From IMG/VR virus record IMGVR_UViG_3300028883_000032, positions 41,347 through 105,346 of that record: 64,000 bases of DNA. The stretch is one strand, 5' to 3'. This document shows positions 9,200 through 17,750 of the stretch, piece by piece; position 1 is the stretch's first letter; every line of letters starts with the position of its first letter. This stretch comes from a virus. A program made the position numbers and the translations under genes. The notes below the pieces were generated by a model, which was given only the letters and a program-made list of their open reading frames with translations, was not told where the DNA came from and did no database searches.

Positions 9200-9960
9200 G
9201 TCGCGCTTTAGGCTTGCTTAAAGTACGACATCGGCCGCATGGGTCGTTAGACATAAACCTTGAAAGAGGTGGATAGGGGCGTTGGCAACGTCCGGTCGTA
9301 GACAGTCAAAATGCAATCCGTTCCTCCTTCCTTAAAATTCCCGAGGGCAACGCTGTAGGCGAACCAACTGGAAGGACTCGAAACGAGACAACCAAAACTG
9401 GTGTGGACAAGTAACACGTGGTGGTGACTTGGAAACGTACCAACCAATTAATGGTGAATCGGACGGAAAGGTGGTGTGGTTAGATCGGCTCCTGTTAGAG
9501 TCGGTGTGGCTATCTACCATTCAAGGAATTTCTAGACCAGAAATCTAGAAAAACTGCGAATCGGGGGACCAACAGGCCTCTGTGATGGAGTAGAGTATTT
9601 CGTTGCTCAAAAGGTAACGAAGCTCAAATCCCAGCGCTTCATCAGCCGAGAATTTTTAACAGATTCGCTCGGGTACGAGCACTTACTATCAATAAGTGAG
9701 ATCATTTAAAGCACAAGACTGGGACGTGCTGAAACCTAAAGATGCCTCCGCCTTTAGTGGCCCTTAATTACTCGCAAGGTAATTAAGTTGTGTCGGAAAC
9801 TAACTTTGCCCCGGCCAGGGTAAAGGGAGTGGTAAGATGCAGAAAGGTTCAGCTGGAAGACATGTGAAACCAATCTCGGGTTCACGGCATTTCCTACATA
9901 CGTAAAGACATTTGCGTGGACACACCCTAAACCCAAATATTATGGGAATGTGGGGGTAAA
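9200..9960 (+). ncRNA. large structured ncRNA, GOLLD/ROOL-like
   Basis: No + strand ORF over ~750 nt, raised GC, many hairpins, between a promoter motif (9183) and a terminator (9969-10003); located in a phage tRNA region. Confidence 0.6.
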
Positions 9961-10036
9961 AGTGTAGGATCAAATAGTCACGTCTAAACTATTTGATTTT
10001 TTTAGCCTAAAATGGAATAAGAGTGTATACAAACTC

Positions 10037-10399
10037 TTGGGAGGAAAAGTGAAAAAGTTGGTGCTTTTACTGCTGCTTGTGATGGTAACGGGATGTTGCC
10101 ATCACCCATTAGGGCTGTGGAGATCGGAATCCACCCTGTATGAGCTTCAATGGAGCTTTGAGAACCAGCATATTTATTGGGGAAGAGCAGTAATAAGCTA
10201 CGACTCCGTATGGACTATTGTTGGAGAGCCAGAAGTAGGCCTAGCCGTTATAAGAGGGGATACTCTAAATTTGTATATAGACAAGGAGTTGAAATACAGC
10301 CTTTTGGTTAAAAACGAAAAATACATACAGATATATCCGGAATATATGCTTCTGACCGGCAGTTGGATAAACCGGGAGGACAGTCCAATGGGCAAGTAA
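10037..10399 (+). CDS. putative lipoprotein
   Basis: KKLVLLLLLVMVTGC signal and lipobox; likely start GTG 10049 after GGAGG. Confidence 0.65.
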   Translation: MGGKVKKLVLLLLLVMVTGCCHHPLGLWRSESTLYELQWSFENQHIYWGRAVISYDSVWTIVGEPEVGLAVIRGDTLNLYIDKELKYSLLVKNEKYIQIYPEYMLLTGSWINREDSPMGK

Positions 10400-10491
10400 A
10401 GTCAATGGGGAGTCTTGAGATCGGGCTGAGCGACTCGACTCCCCATTTTTTAGACTAGTATTTTTATGGAATAAGATTCCAGAAGAGCATC

Positions 10492-10704
10492 ATGATGTCT
10501 AACCAACTTAAGTACATGGAAAAGGGAAATATAACGCCGCAAAATGGCGGTTGCTGGTATTGTCATAAAACCGATTATCCGCTTGTTTTTAGCATTGAAT
10601 TCGATACTTTTGTGCACCTTGACTGTATAAAAGAAATGTTGAAACTAAACGATACAAATGATAAAGAAATAACTTTTTTAGCAAAAGAATTTAATTTGCT
10701 GTAA
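10492..10704 (+). CDS. small Cys/His protein (possible Zn finger)
   Basis: CWYC...HLDC. Confidence 0.6.
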   Translation: MMSNQLKYMEKGNITPQNGGCWYCHKTDYPLVFSIEFDTFVHLDCIKEMLKLNDTNDKEITFLAKEFNLL

Positions 10705-10715
10705 CCATAACTTAC

Positions 10716-11555
10716 ATGAACATTTTACTAAATGATGGGGATTTTGTCGTATTAGCCCATACTACACCAACAAATTTTGAAACAGATGATTTGATGGAAA
10801 TAGTCAAAAAAGCGGCTACTACTTGTTACCAGAGCGAACAAAAGACACATAAAAACCCGCAAGAATTTGCAAAAATGCTTTTGGGACGTGGGCACATGAG
10901 CATGTTTGATCATGTCCATGTTACAGTGCTATTTAAAAATGTGTCCCGTGGGTTTACCCACGAATTGGTGAGGCACAGAATAGCAGCCTACGCCCAAGAA
11001 AGCACACGATACGTTGATCCTGGTAATATTAAAGTTGTAGGACCGCCCCATAGAAATTTAGATGAACAAATAACTATCGAAACTAATTTAGATGATGGAT
11101 CAATAGCGTATAAAGAAATAACATTTAGAGAGATGGTAAAAGAAGTAGAAAGATTTTATCGCGGTTTACGCAATAGTGGGTGGTCTCAAGAAGATGCCCG
11201 TCAAATCTTACCCATAGGTATTAAATCTGAAATAGTTATGACGGCAGATTTAACGGAGTGGAGACACACATTTCGTTTGCGCACGCAGAAAGCGGCACAT
11301 TGGGAAATACGCGGGGTAATGAATAAATTATTAAAGCACTTTAAAGAAGTGTTTCCCCCGGTATTTGATGATTTTATCATAGCCGGTAAGGATGAAAACG
11401 AATTAGAATACTACAAAATAAAAGGATACGTTGGCGACATAACGAAAATGGTAAACCAAGCATTAGAGCAATATGTGGCAGAAAATACTTTGGGAAATGA
11501 CCAAGCAAGTCATTTTGCCAACTATCTCAATAGTTATTACAACCAAAATTACTAA
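10716..11555 (+). CDS. thyX: FAD-dependent thymidylate synthase
   Basis: GHMSMFDH, HELVRHRIAAYAQESTRY, ARQILP and AHWEIR motifs. Confidence 0.96.
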   Translation: MNILLNDGDFVVLAHTTPTNFETDDLMEIVKKAATTCYQSEQKTHKNPQEFAKMLLGRGHMSMFDHVHVTVLFKNVSRGFTHELVRHRIAAYAQESTRYVDPGNIKVVGPPHRNLDEQITIETNLDDGSIAYKEITFREMVKEVERFYRGLRNSGWSQEDARQILPIGIKSEIVMTADLTEWRHTFRLRTQKAAHWEIRGVMNKLLKHFKEVFPPVFDDFIIAGKDENELEYYKIKGYVGDITKMVNQALEQYVAENTLGNDQASHFANYLNSYYNQNY

Positions 11556-12146
11556 ATGGCTTACACAGGACTAAGAAAGCCAAGAACAGACGATCTAGAA
11601 AACTGGAAAACTTATTTTAGTGTTAATCCTGAAAAGAAGGATGACTTTCCAGAGATGTTTGTTAAATGTTTTAACCGTGATGAACCTAAGAATGACAAAA
11701 AGGTTAGAAAGGTTAAAAAGGCCAAAACAAAAAAAGAAAAGAAGGCCATCGAGGAAGTGGAGGCCATTGTAGTAAAAAAAGAAGTACCGGAGGTAAAAGT
11801 TAAAGATGACAAACAAGAGATTTTTATTAATTCCGGTGACACTTTTTGGGCAGATACCCTGCAAAAACAAATAACGATTTGGGACATGGACCCGGAATCG
11901 GGATTAGTGGCATTCAGAATTTCTGGCTATGATATTCTTCCTTTAGATGAGTTAATTAATCTCGGCCTTCGAAAATTTAATGAAAATTATATAGACCACA
12001 ATAAAGAAAAGCTGAGCTATTCCGATGGTTCTAGAAAAAGAGTAAGTAAGAAAGGTACCAAAATTACTATTCAAGGAAAGGCTACTTTAAATAAAGTTCA
12101 TTGGTCAAAGATGGTAGATGACCTTACTAAAAAAGCAAAAATATAA
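11556..12146 (+). CDS. hypothetical Lys-rich protein
   Basis: 196-aa ORF coupled to thyX. Confidence 0.7.
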   Translation: MAYTGLRKPRTDDLENWKTYFSVNPEKKDDFPEMFVKCFNRDEPKNDKKVRKVKKAKTKKEKKAIEEVEAIVVKKEVPEVKVKDDKQEIFINSGDTFWADTLQKQITIWDMDPESGLVAFRISGYDILPLDELINLGLRKFNENYIDHNKEKLSYSDGSRKRVSKKGTKITIQGKATLNKVHWSKMVDDLTKKAKI

Positions 12147-12158
12147 CCAATTGAAATA

Positions 12159-12428
12159 ATGGGTAGTTTAACAGACCAAGTTGCTCCTAAAGAAAAATTA
12201 AAAAATAAAGAGACAGGAGAAACAGGTAAACCGGTAATTGTTATACTTAAAACAGAAAGCGGACAGTTGGGAGTCCAGTGGGATCAAGACAACATGAACA
12301 AGGCAGACGTATTTCAAGCATTAGTCGCGTCGGCCGGTATTTTGGAACGTAAAATAATGGAAGAAGTGGAAGCATTTAAAAAAGATGTTAAAGCTATTGA
12401 TGTGCCACCAACTATAAAGGAAAAATAA
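12159..12428 (+). CDS. hypothetical protein
   Basis: ORF overlapping the next start (TAATG). Confidence 0.7.
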   Translation: MGSLTDQVAPKEKLKNKETGETGKPVIVILKTESGQLGVQWDQDNMNKADVFQALVASAGILERKIMEEVEAFKKDVKAIDVPPTIKEK

Positions 12429-12838
12429 TGTTGCGTAAAGTGTGCGTAATTGTACGCGGGTTGCCCGGTTCAGGAAAAACTGAATTTACAAATTTCTTGA
12501 ACACGCTGTCTATGGATGGTATTAATATTTTCACAACCGACGATTTTTTCACGCGTCGGGGACAATATAAGTTTGATGGCTCAAAACTTGCCGAAGCCCA
12601 TAAATGGAATTTTAAACGTTTTTGCGCTACAGTAAAAGCGGGAGCAACTTACGTGGCAGTAGCTAACACAGCTACCCGCGAGGAAGAATTTCGTTCTTAC
12701 AAGGAATTTGCAGAAAAACACGGTTACAAAGTATATGTAATTACTGTGGAAAACTGGCACGGTAATAAAAATGTACACGGAGTTCCAGACGAGAATCTGG
12801 ACAAAATGGACGAACGCTACGAGTTGCGTTTGCGTTAG
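12428..12838 (+). CDS. P-loop kinase, AAA_33 / N4BP2-like polynucleotide kinase
   Basis: RGLPGSGKT, TDDFF, AHKWN and NVHGVP motifs. Confidence 0.88.
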   Translation: MLRKVCVIVRGLPGSGKTEFTNFLNTLSMDGINIFTTDDFFTRRGQYKFDGSKLAEAHKWNFKRFCATVKAGATYVAVANTATREEEFRSYKEFAEKHGYKVYVITVENWHGNKNVHGVPDENLDKMDERYELRLR

Positions 12839-12854
12839 ATTTTATGTATATTAT

Positions 12855-12992
12855 AGTAACCTACCATAGAACGCAGTTCGAATCTGCGAATTCGTGTGAG
12901 CCATGACCGTCAATACCAATGGTATTAGGTTCAGTCTGCTAACGATGGCACTGTCACGATATGGAGTAATGGCAACTCGATGGTAGGTTACT
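12855..12992 (+). ncRNA. permuted tRNA-like RNA (YrlA / Y-RNA-like architecture)
   Basis: Perfect 13-bp terminal stem; T arm precedes a D-like arm; sigma70-type promoter directly upstream. Confidence 0.6.
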
Positions 12993-12995
12993 TAC

Positions 12996-13070
12996 AGGGT
13001 CGTAGCTCAGCTTGGTTAGAGTGCCGGCCTGTCACGCCGGAAGTCACGGGTTCGAATCCCGTCGGTCCTG
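12996..13070 (+). tRNA. tRNA-Asp(GTC)
   Basis: Cloverleaf, CCGGC-CTGTCAC-GCCGG. Confidence 0.95.
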
Positions 13071-13072
13071 CA

Positions 13073-13154
13073 AAGTCTGTGTCAAGAGTCTTGGAGACGT
13101 CATCTGCAGGTGACATGGGTTCGAATCCCGTCTTGAAGTTGCAACCACAGACTT
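13073..13154 (+). ncRNA. tRNA-like element inside a closing stem
   Basis: AAGTCTGTG/CACAGACTT stem enclosing ATGGG-TTCGAAT-CCCGT. Confidence 0.4.
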
Positions 13155-13181
13155 GACTTTTGAGGATTAAAGTGTTATATT
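13153..13181 (+). promoter_or_regulatory. sigma70-type promoter TTGACT-N17-TATATT
   Basis: Consensus spacing; same class at 12824 and 22742 (+) and 36997-37025, 46936-46964, 49957-49984 (-). Confidence 0.7.
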
Positions 13182-13367
13182 ATGAAGATTGGGGCACCAC
13201 AGCCTGCGAGATTTTTAAGGAATGGAACAAGACAGTCGTGAAGAAATGTAAGAAGAAATCTGCAAACAAACGATTTACAGCTATTTCCGCTAAAACCCGG
13301 AAAGAGGTTGCCGAGGTACGCCCTAATCAAAAAGAACGAACCTAACGTTCATAATTTAATTGGTTGG

Positions 13368-13394
13368 AGCCTAAACTTCGGTTTAGGCTTTTTT
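13368..13394 (+). terminator. intrinsic terminator
   Basis: AGCCTAAAC-TTCG-GTTTAGGCT plus T run. Confidence 0.85.
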
Positions 13395-13414
13395 ATTTTA
13401 AATAAGGACTTAAC

Positions 13415-13813
13415 ATGACAAAAACTGAATTTCGAGAATTGTGGAAAGCTGCAGAAGAAAGCGGATTAGATAGATTCACTGTTATCTACTTAAGTTCCGG
13501 AGCCAAACACAATGGGCTGCTAGGAGAAATACTATTCAAACAGAATAGTATAGGAAACTCATACCCGAGTGTATTTTTTTCAGGAACGGGGCAAAGAATT
13601 ACTACCTCCCTCGACAAATTAGTTGCAACGGAACAAAATTTTATTCGAACTCCAAAGGAACTGCAACCTGGATTAGAAATCTTGGTTATGGCTAATGAAG
13701 GTTCATTAGATATTGTTAATGAATCAGAAGCAATAAAGAAATTACAAAAAGATCCCAAAACAAAAATATTTACGTGTTTAATACGAAAGCAAGTTGAATT
13801 AAGACTTGTGTAA
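13415..13813 (+). CDS. hypothetical protein
   Basis: AAGGA RBS, 132 aa. Confidence 0.7.
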   Translation: MTKTEFRELWKAAEESGLDRFTVIYLSSGAKHNGLLGEILFKQNSIGNSYPSVFFSGTGQRITTSLDKLVATEQNFIRTPKELQPGLEILVMANEGSLDIVNESEAIKKLQKDPKTKIFTCLIRKQVELRLV

Positions 13814-14747
13814 TCAAGGAGATAAAAATGCTGGGAGCTCTACGGGCCTAATGGCCCCCCACAAAGTTATTGATGTAGTACAAGAAGAGTTTTATAAAGT
13901 AAATTTAACTTTAGACAATAATTTTAGATTGTCACCCCCAGACAAAACAACAAATTTTACAACGGCAGGAATGCAGTGGTTTAAGAACCGCTTTAATAAT
14001 CCGGACGGGACAAGATGTGGTAGCAGACAATCTTGTTTACGTACAAACGATTTGTCCTTAATTGGGGACGGGACACATTTAACCTATTTTGAAATGCTGG
14101 GAAATTTTTCATTTGGAAATAACGATTATGAACAATCGGTAGAATTGTGGCACAATATTGTTTCTCAATTAAAAATCCCAGTTACATATGTTACGGTACA
14201 CCCGTCACAAAAATACCATAAGAGAGTTTGGGAGAGGTTGCATTACCCCATAAAAGAAGACGAAAGCTGCGTGTGGTCAGACGGTAATATCGGAGGATAC
14301 TGTTGTGAAATGTTTGTTAATGACCTCGAAATCGGGAATCTGGTAAATACTTCTGGAGTTTCAACAGATGTGGGTTTTGGTTTTGAGAGGTTAGTACAAG
14401 TTTATGAAAACCAAACAAATATTCATGACACAACTTTGTTTGATTGCTCTTTACCTCCTTTTGTCAGAGACCACGTTCGCGCCTTGAATGCGTTATATCT
14501 TAACGGTATAAAACCGGGAGCAAGTGGACCAAATTACTCCGCCAAACTAATACTCAGAAGAGTACTATCTCATCTTGACCCAAAATGTTATAAGTTTGGG
14601 CACTGGTTAGAACAAGAAAAACTAATTAGTGAAGATGGTAAGTACAGAGCTAAAAAACACTTTAACCGCTATGGTATTAAAGACTATGACTTTGTTAAAG
14701 CCACATTTGGTTTAACAGCCGAAGAATATGAGGAAGTACTATCGTGA
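13806..14747 (+). CDS. alaS: truncated alanyl-tRNA synthetase (aminoacylation domain only)
   Basis: FTTAGMQWFK, QSCLRTND, HLTYFEMLGNFSF, LEIGNLV, DVGFGFERL and RDHVR; no editing or C-Ala domain. Confidence 0.88.
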   Translation: MCNQGDKNAGSSTGLMAPHKVIDVVQEEFYKVNLTLDNNFRLSPPDKTTNFTTAGMQWFKNRFNNPDGTRCGSRQSCLRTNDLSLIGDGTHLTYFEMLGNFSFGNNDYEQSVELWHNIVSQLKIPVTYVTVHPSQKYHKRVWERLHYPIKEDESCVWSDGNIGGYCCEMFVNDLEIGNLVNTSGVSTDVGFGFERLVQVYENQTNIHDTTLFDCSLPPFVRDHVRALNALYLNGIKPGASGPNYSAKLILRRVLSHLDPKCYKFGHWLEQEKLISEDGKYRAKKHFNRYGIKDYDFVKATFGLTAEEYEEVLS

Positions 14748-14805
14748 TGAATAATAAATCTAGAAAAGGGGCCGTATACTAGTATACTTAACAGGAGACT
14801 AGTAT

Positions 14806-15345
14806 ATGTCTGGATTCAAAGAAGTTATGGATTCTACGTCCAACTCAAGCGTTTACAAAAAAGCACGTAAACTATATCTTGACCATACCGGGGAAATTAG
14901 TTGTTCTCGTTGTGCATACCACTGTAGAGATAATTCCGGAAAACGTGCGCGTGGTTATAGAGACTGGAAAGCACGTAAAAACCAACGTTACCAGTGGCAA
15001 AAAGGTAAGAAGACTCCCTGGGGAAAAGAAATAGAAACTTGGGATATGGATATATTAGCCAAAGGTAGAGCCTACAGTAGCTGGGAAAAGAAACGTATGT
15101 ACCCAGGTGCAAGAAAAGACAGGGCTAACCGCAGGAGAGTATATAATGCCATATGGGCTGCAGAATGGTATTGGAGACAAGAACAGGGCCCTTGGTGGTT
15201 TCTGATAACTAACCACCCAAACTTTTATGACCCTAAAATATATAGCCCATATTTAGCACCAGATCCCGACGAGGAAATAGATTGGGAATATTTCCCAGGA
15301 GAAAGTAAGGGTTTTATAAATAAACCGCAGATTGCATGCAAATAA
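14806..15345 (+). CDS. hypothetical basic Trp-rich protein
   Basis: AGGAG RBS, CSRC motif. Confidence 0.7.
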   Translation: MSGFKEVMDSTSNSSVYKKARKLYLDHTGEISCSRCAYHCRDNSGKRARGYRDWKARKNQRYQWQKGKKTPWGKEIETWDMDILAKGRAYSSWEKKRMYPGARKDRANRRRVYNAIWAAEWYWRQEQGPWWFLITNHPNFYDPKIYSPYLAPDPDEEIDWEYFPGESKGFINKPQIACK

Positions 15346-15349
15346 TATT

Positions 15350-15439
15350 GGCTGGTAGATGGGTATTCTAGATACTCTATGTTGGACACAAGCTCGGCTG
15401 ATCACTGAGAAGAGCGGGTTCGACTCCCGCCACCTGCCA
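15350..15439 (+). tRNA. aberrant tRNA-Ile(GAT)-like gene with expanded D region
   Basis: CTCGG-CTGATCA-CTGAG anticodon arm and GCGGG-TTCGACT-CCCGC T arm; imperfect acceptor; extra hairpin in D region. Confidence 0.5.
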
Positions 15440-15455
15440 ACACTACGGAGATGTA

Positions 15456-15722
15456 ATGAAAGACTATTTTGAAACTAAACTCAAAGCTGGAGATATAATT
15501 GTAAGGGCAAGTTTCTCCGGATATAGTAGAGGACTATTCTTGGGGATAGTTACAGAGCCGGAACAAAACAGAGTTTTGGGGTATTGGGTGGATAACAAGA
15601 GATGGAACGAAAGACAATCAAAGTGGCAATGGGGCTTTTTAAAACTGTCTTTGGATGTATTACCTATTAATTTAAGAAACGAGTTTAAAGAAAAATTATC
15701 CACATTGAAACTATCCTCGTAG
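15456..15722 (+). CDS. hypothetical protein
   Basis: GGAG RBS; stop overlaps the tRNA-Arg 5' end. Confidence 0.65.
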   Translation: MKDYFETKLKAGDIIVRASFSGYSRGLFLGIVTEPEQNRVLGYWVDNKRWNERQSKWQWGFLKLSLDVLPINLRNEFKEKLSTLKLSS

Positions 15723-15786
15723 CTCAATTGGATAGAGCGCTGCGCTACGAACGCAGAGGTTGGGGGTTCGATCCCCTCCGAGGGTA
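15713..15786 (+). tRNA. tRNA-Arg(ACG)
   Basis: Cloverleaf, CTGCG-CTACGAA-CGCAG. Confidence 0.95.
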
Positions 15787-15879
15787 CAAACAAAAGGAGA
15801 AATTGTAGGATTTCTAGCAATTAGCTTAGCAGGAGATAAGAGCTGTAGTTATAGGGACTATTCAAACCAAACAAAAATA

Positions 15880-16638
15880 GTGGGATACACAACAGATTTT
15901 GAAGGATCGTTTAGTATCGATCCTCCGTTAAATGAAGAAACTAAAACATTTCTTAATAAGTTCAATCAAACGCGTAGAATGGCTCGCAATGTTGATGCCA
16001 AGTATGGTATCGAAGGAGAATTCTATGTGGATGGAACAGGAGATTATGGTCAAGCACATGAAGCCAATATTATTGACTTCAACCGACCACCAAGCACACA
16101 ACCCGGATTATGGTGTCAATGGACACCAAACGAAAATGGGACAGAGTTAATATGGGATGGGGGCGAGAAGTTTTACAGTTATATAGATTGGCTAAAATAC
16201 CTGATCAAAAACATCTTTGAACCAAGAGGCTACACACTTAACGGTGCTGTGAATTGGTATGGCGAAGACCGAGAAGACACGGGAGTTATTAATGTAGTCG
16301 ATAACAAAGTAACATCAAACAAGTCTCTTCCAGGTTCGGGGGAACGTGTAAAAATAGGTATTGTTGGAGTGGATAGCGGCCAACTAATGATTATGGATCC
16401 GTGCTATGCAATTGGAGATAGTGGTTTTGGTACACAAGAGGACTACAAAAAAGCCTGTGAAGTATCACACCCTGTCGGAGGCCAATTAAAATATAAAATG
16501 GGGCATGACGGTCTCGGAGTAGTGTTTTCTTCTGGATTTGGAGATGGCACCTACGATGTTTATGCTACCATTAAAGACTGTGGAACTTGGGGAAAACGAG
16601 TCACAAAAGTTGAAGTTATTCTTATAGACGAGGACTAG
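15880..16638 (+). CDS. two-domain phage protein (N-terminal GYTTDF...WCQW...WDGGEKFY; C-terminal VDSGQ...GFGDG-x-Y, DUF4241-like)
   Basis: Motifs as named; GTG 15880 in frame, while the track start lies in tRNA-Arg. Confidence 0.7.
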   Translation: MGYTTDFEGSFSIDPPLNEETKTFLNKFNQTRRMARNVDAKYGIEGEFYVDGTGDYGQAHEANIIDFNRPPSTQPGLWCQWTPNENGTELIWDGGEKFYSYIDWLKYLIKNIFEPRGYTLNGAVNWYGEDREDTGVINVVDNKVTSNKSLPGSGERVKIGIVGVDSGQLMIMDPCYAIGDSGFGTQEDYKKACEVSHPVGGQLKYKMGHDGLGVVFSSGFGDGTYDVYATIKDCGTWGKRVTKVEVILIDED

Positions 16639-16792
16639 GGTTTCTAATGAAAACAATGCGCATAGGCAAAACACAAGTTTGTATACGAGTTCCTGATAAC
16701 CAAGTGGAACACTGGAAAAAAGAAGGTTTTCACCTCTGCTCAAAATCCATTTGGAAAAAATTTGTAAGAAATAAGAAGTAAAAATAAAGCAC

Positions 16793-16939
16793 GGGTGATT
16801 GGCGAAATGGTACACGTCGCGGCTAACTTCCAAAAAATATTAAATCTATGGAGAAGGTAAACCGCTGGGGTATTAATTCTGTTAGATTTAAAACGGTTTT
16901 ATGCAATTCCCCTTCCAAGTTCAAGTCTTGGATCGCTCT
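16793..16939 (+). tRNA. tRNA-Tyr(GTA)-like gene with 32-nt anticodon-loop insertion and very long variable arm
   Basis: GGGTGAT/ATCGCTC acceptor, GGCGAAATGGTACACG D arm, CCAAG-TTCAAGT-CTTGG T arm; removing 16825-16856 gives loop CTGTAAA. Confidence 0.55.
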
Positions 16940-16944
16940 GTATT

Positions 16945-17017
16945 GGGCCGGTAGCTCAGTTGGCAGAGCAGCGGACTTTTAATCCGAAGATCGACGGTTC
17001 GATCCCGTCTCGGCTCA
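16945..17017 (+). tRNA. tRNA-Lys(TTT)
   Basis: Cloverleaf, loop CTTTTAA. Confidence 0.93.
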
Positions 17018-17040
17018 CGAAATAGTGGAAATTGTATAAT

Positions 17041-17271
17041 ATGGCAAAATATGACAAAGTAAATTTAGAAGAATACTTAAGAGCTGACGCTGATGGTATG
17101 CCTATATTTAGAAGATGCTTCGATCATGAAATTTTAATGTCCTTCATTAATGATTTGGGAGCAGAGGCATTTGATAGCTGGTGGTATGAGGAAGGGGCTG
17201 AATTATTTAATAATTGGCTTAAGGACCACCCAGATTTTCATACCGAATACTGTAAACCTTTTTATAAGTAA
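17041..17271 (+). CDS. hypothetical protein
   Basis: ORF between the two tRNA-Lys genes. Confidence 0.6.
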   Translation: MAKYDKVNLEEYLRADADGMPIFRRCFDHEILMSFINDLGAEAFDSWWYEEGAELFNNWLKDHPDFHTEYCKPFYK

Positions 17272-17292
17272 CACAGGAGAAGTTTTCCGATA

Positions 17293-17365
17293 GCCCGTAT
17301 AGCTCAGCTGGCAGAGCAGCCGGCTCTTAACCGGCAGGCCCTAGGTTCGAAACCTAGTACGGGCA
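17293..17365 (+). tRNA. tRNA-Lys(CTT)
   Basis: Cloverleaf, GCCGG-CTCTTAA-CCGGC. Confidence 0.95.
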
Positions 17366-17387
17366 CTGCCAACGACAAGGAGACACC

Positions 17388-17747
17388 ATGTTTAAGGATT
17401 GGGCAATCATACTATTACAGTTGGGTGATGAAGACATCATAACAGGAGAACCCCAATTTAGATACGTATGTTTGGGGGCCATCTTTGACGAACCAGATAT
17501 AACCAAAGCAGCCGAACAAACGGAAGCACTTTTGAATAGTATTGGGTATCAGGTAGAAAATCGGGAGTATAAAATCGGAGAACCTGATTTTGAGGGACCT
17601 GACTGTGACAAACACGAGGGAATTGACTACACAATTTATGATGAAACTATTGGGAACGCTGTGGTTATGCTCAATAGTTATTCTCCTGAAAAAGTCAAGG
17701 AAATTTACGATACCCTATACTACAAAAACGTCCATAACCGGGAGTAA
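17388..17747 (+). CDS. hypothetical acidic protein
   Basis: AAGGAG RBS. Confidence 0.7.
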   Translation: MFKDWAIILLQLGDEDIITGEPQFRYVCLGAIFDEPDITKAAEQTEALLNSIGYQVENREYKIGEPDFEGPDCDKHEGIDYTIYDETIGNAVVMLNSYSPEKVKEIYDTLYYKNVHNRE

Positions 17748-17750
17748 GCC

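Noticed and set aside
9247..9936. Short - strand ORFs within the large RNA; group II intron interpretation
   Set aside because: ORFs lack RBS and protein-like features; no GTGCG 5' end, domain V or interrupted host gene recognised
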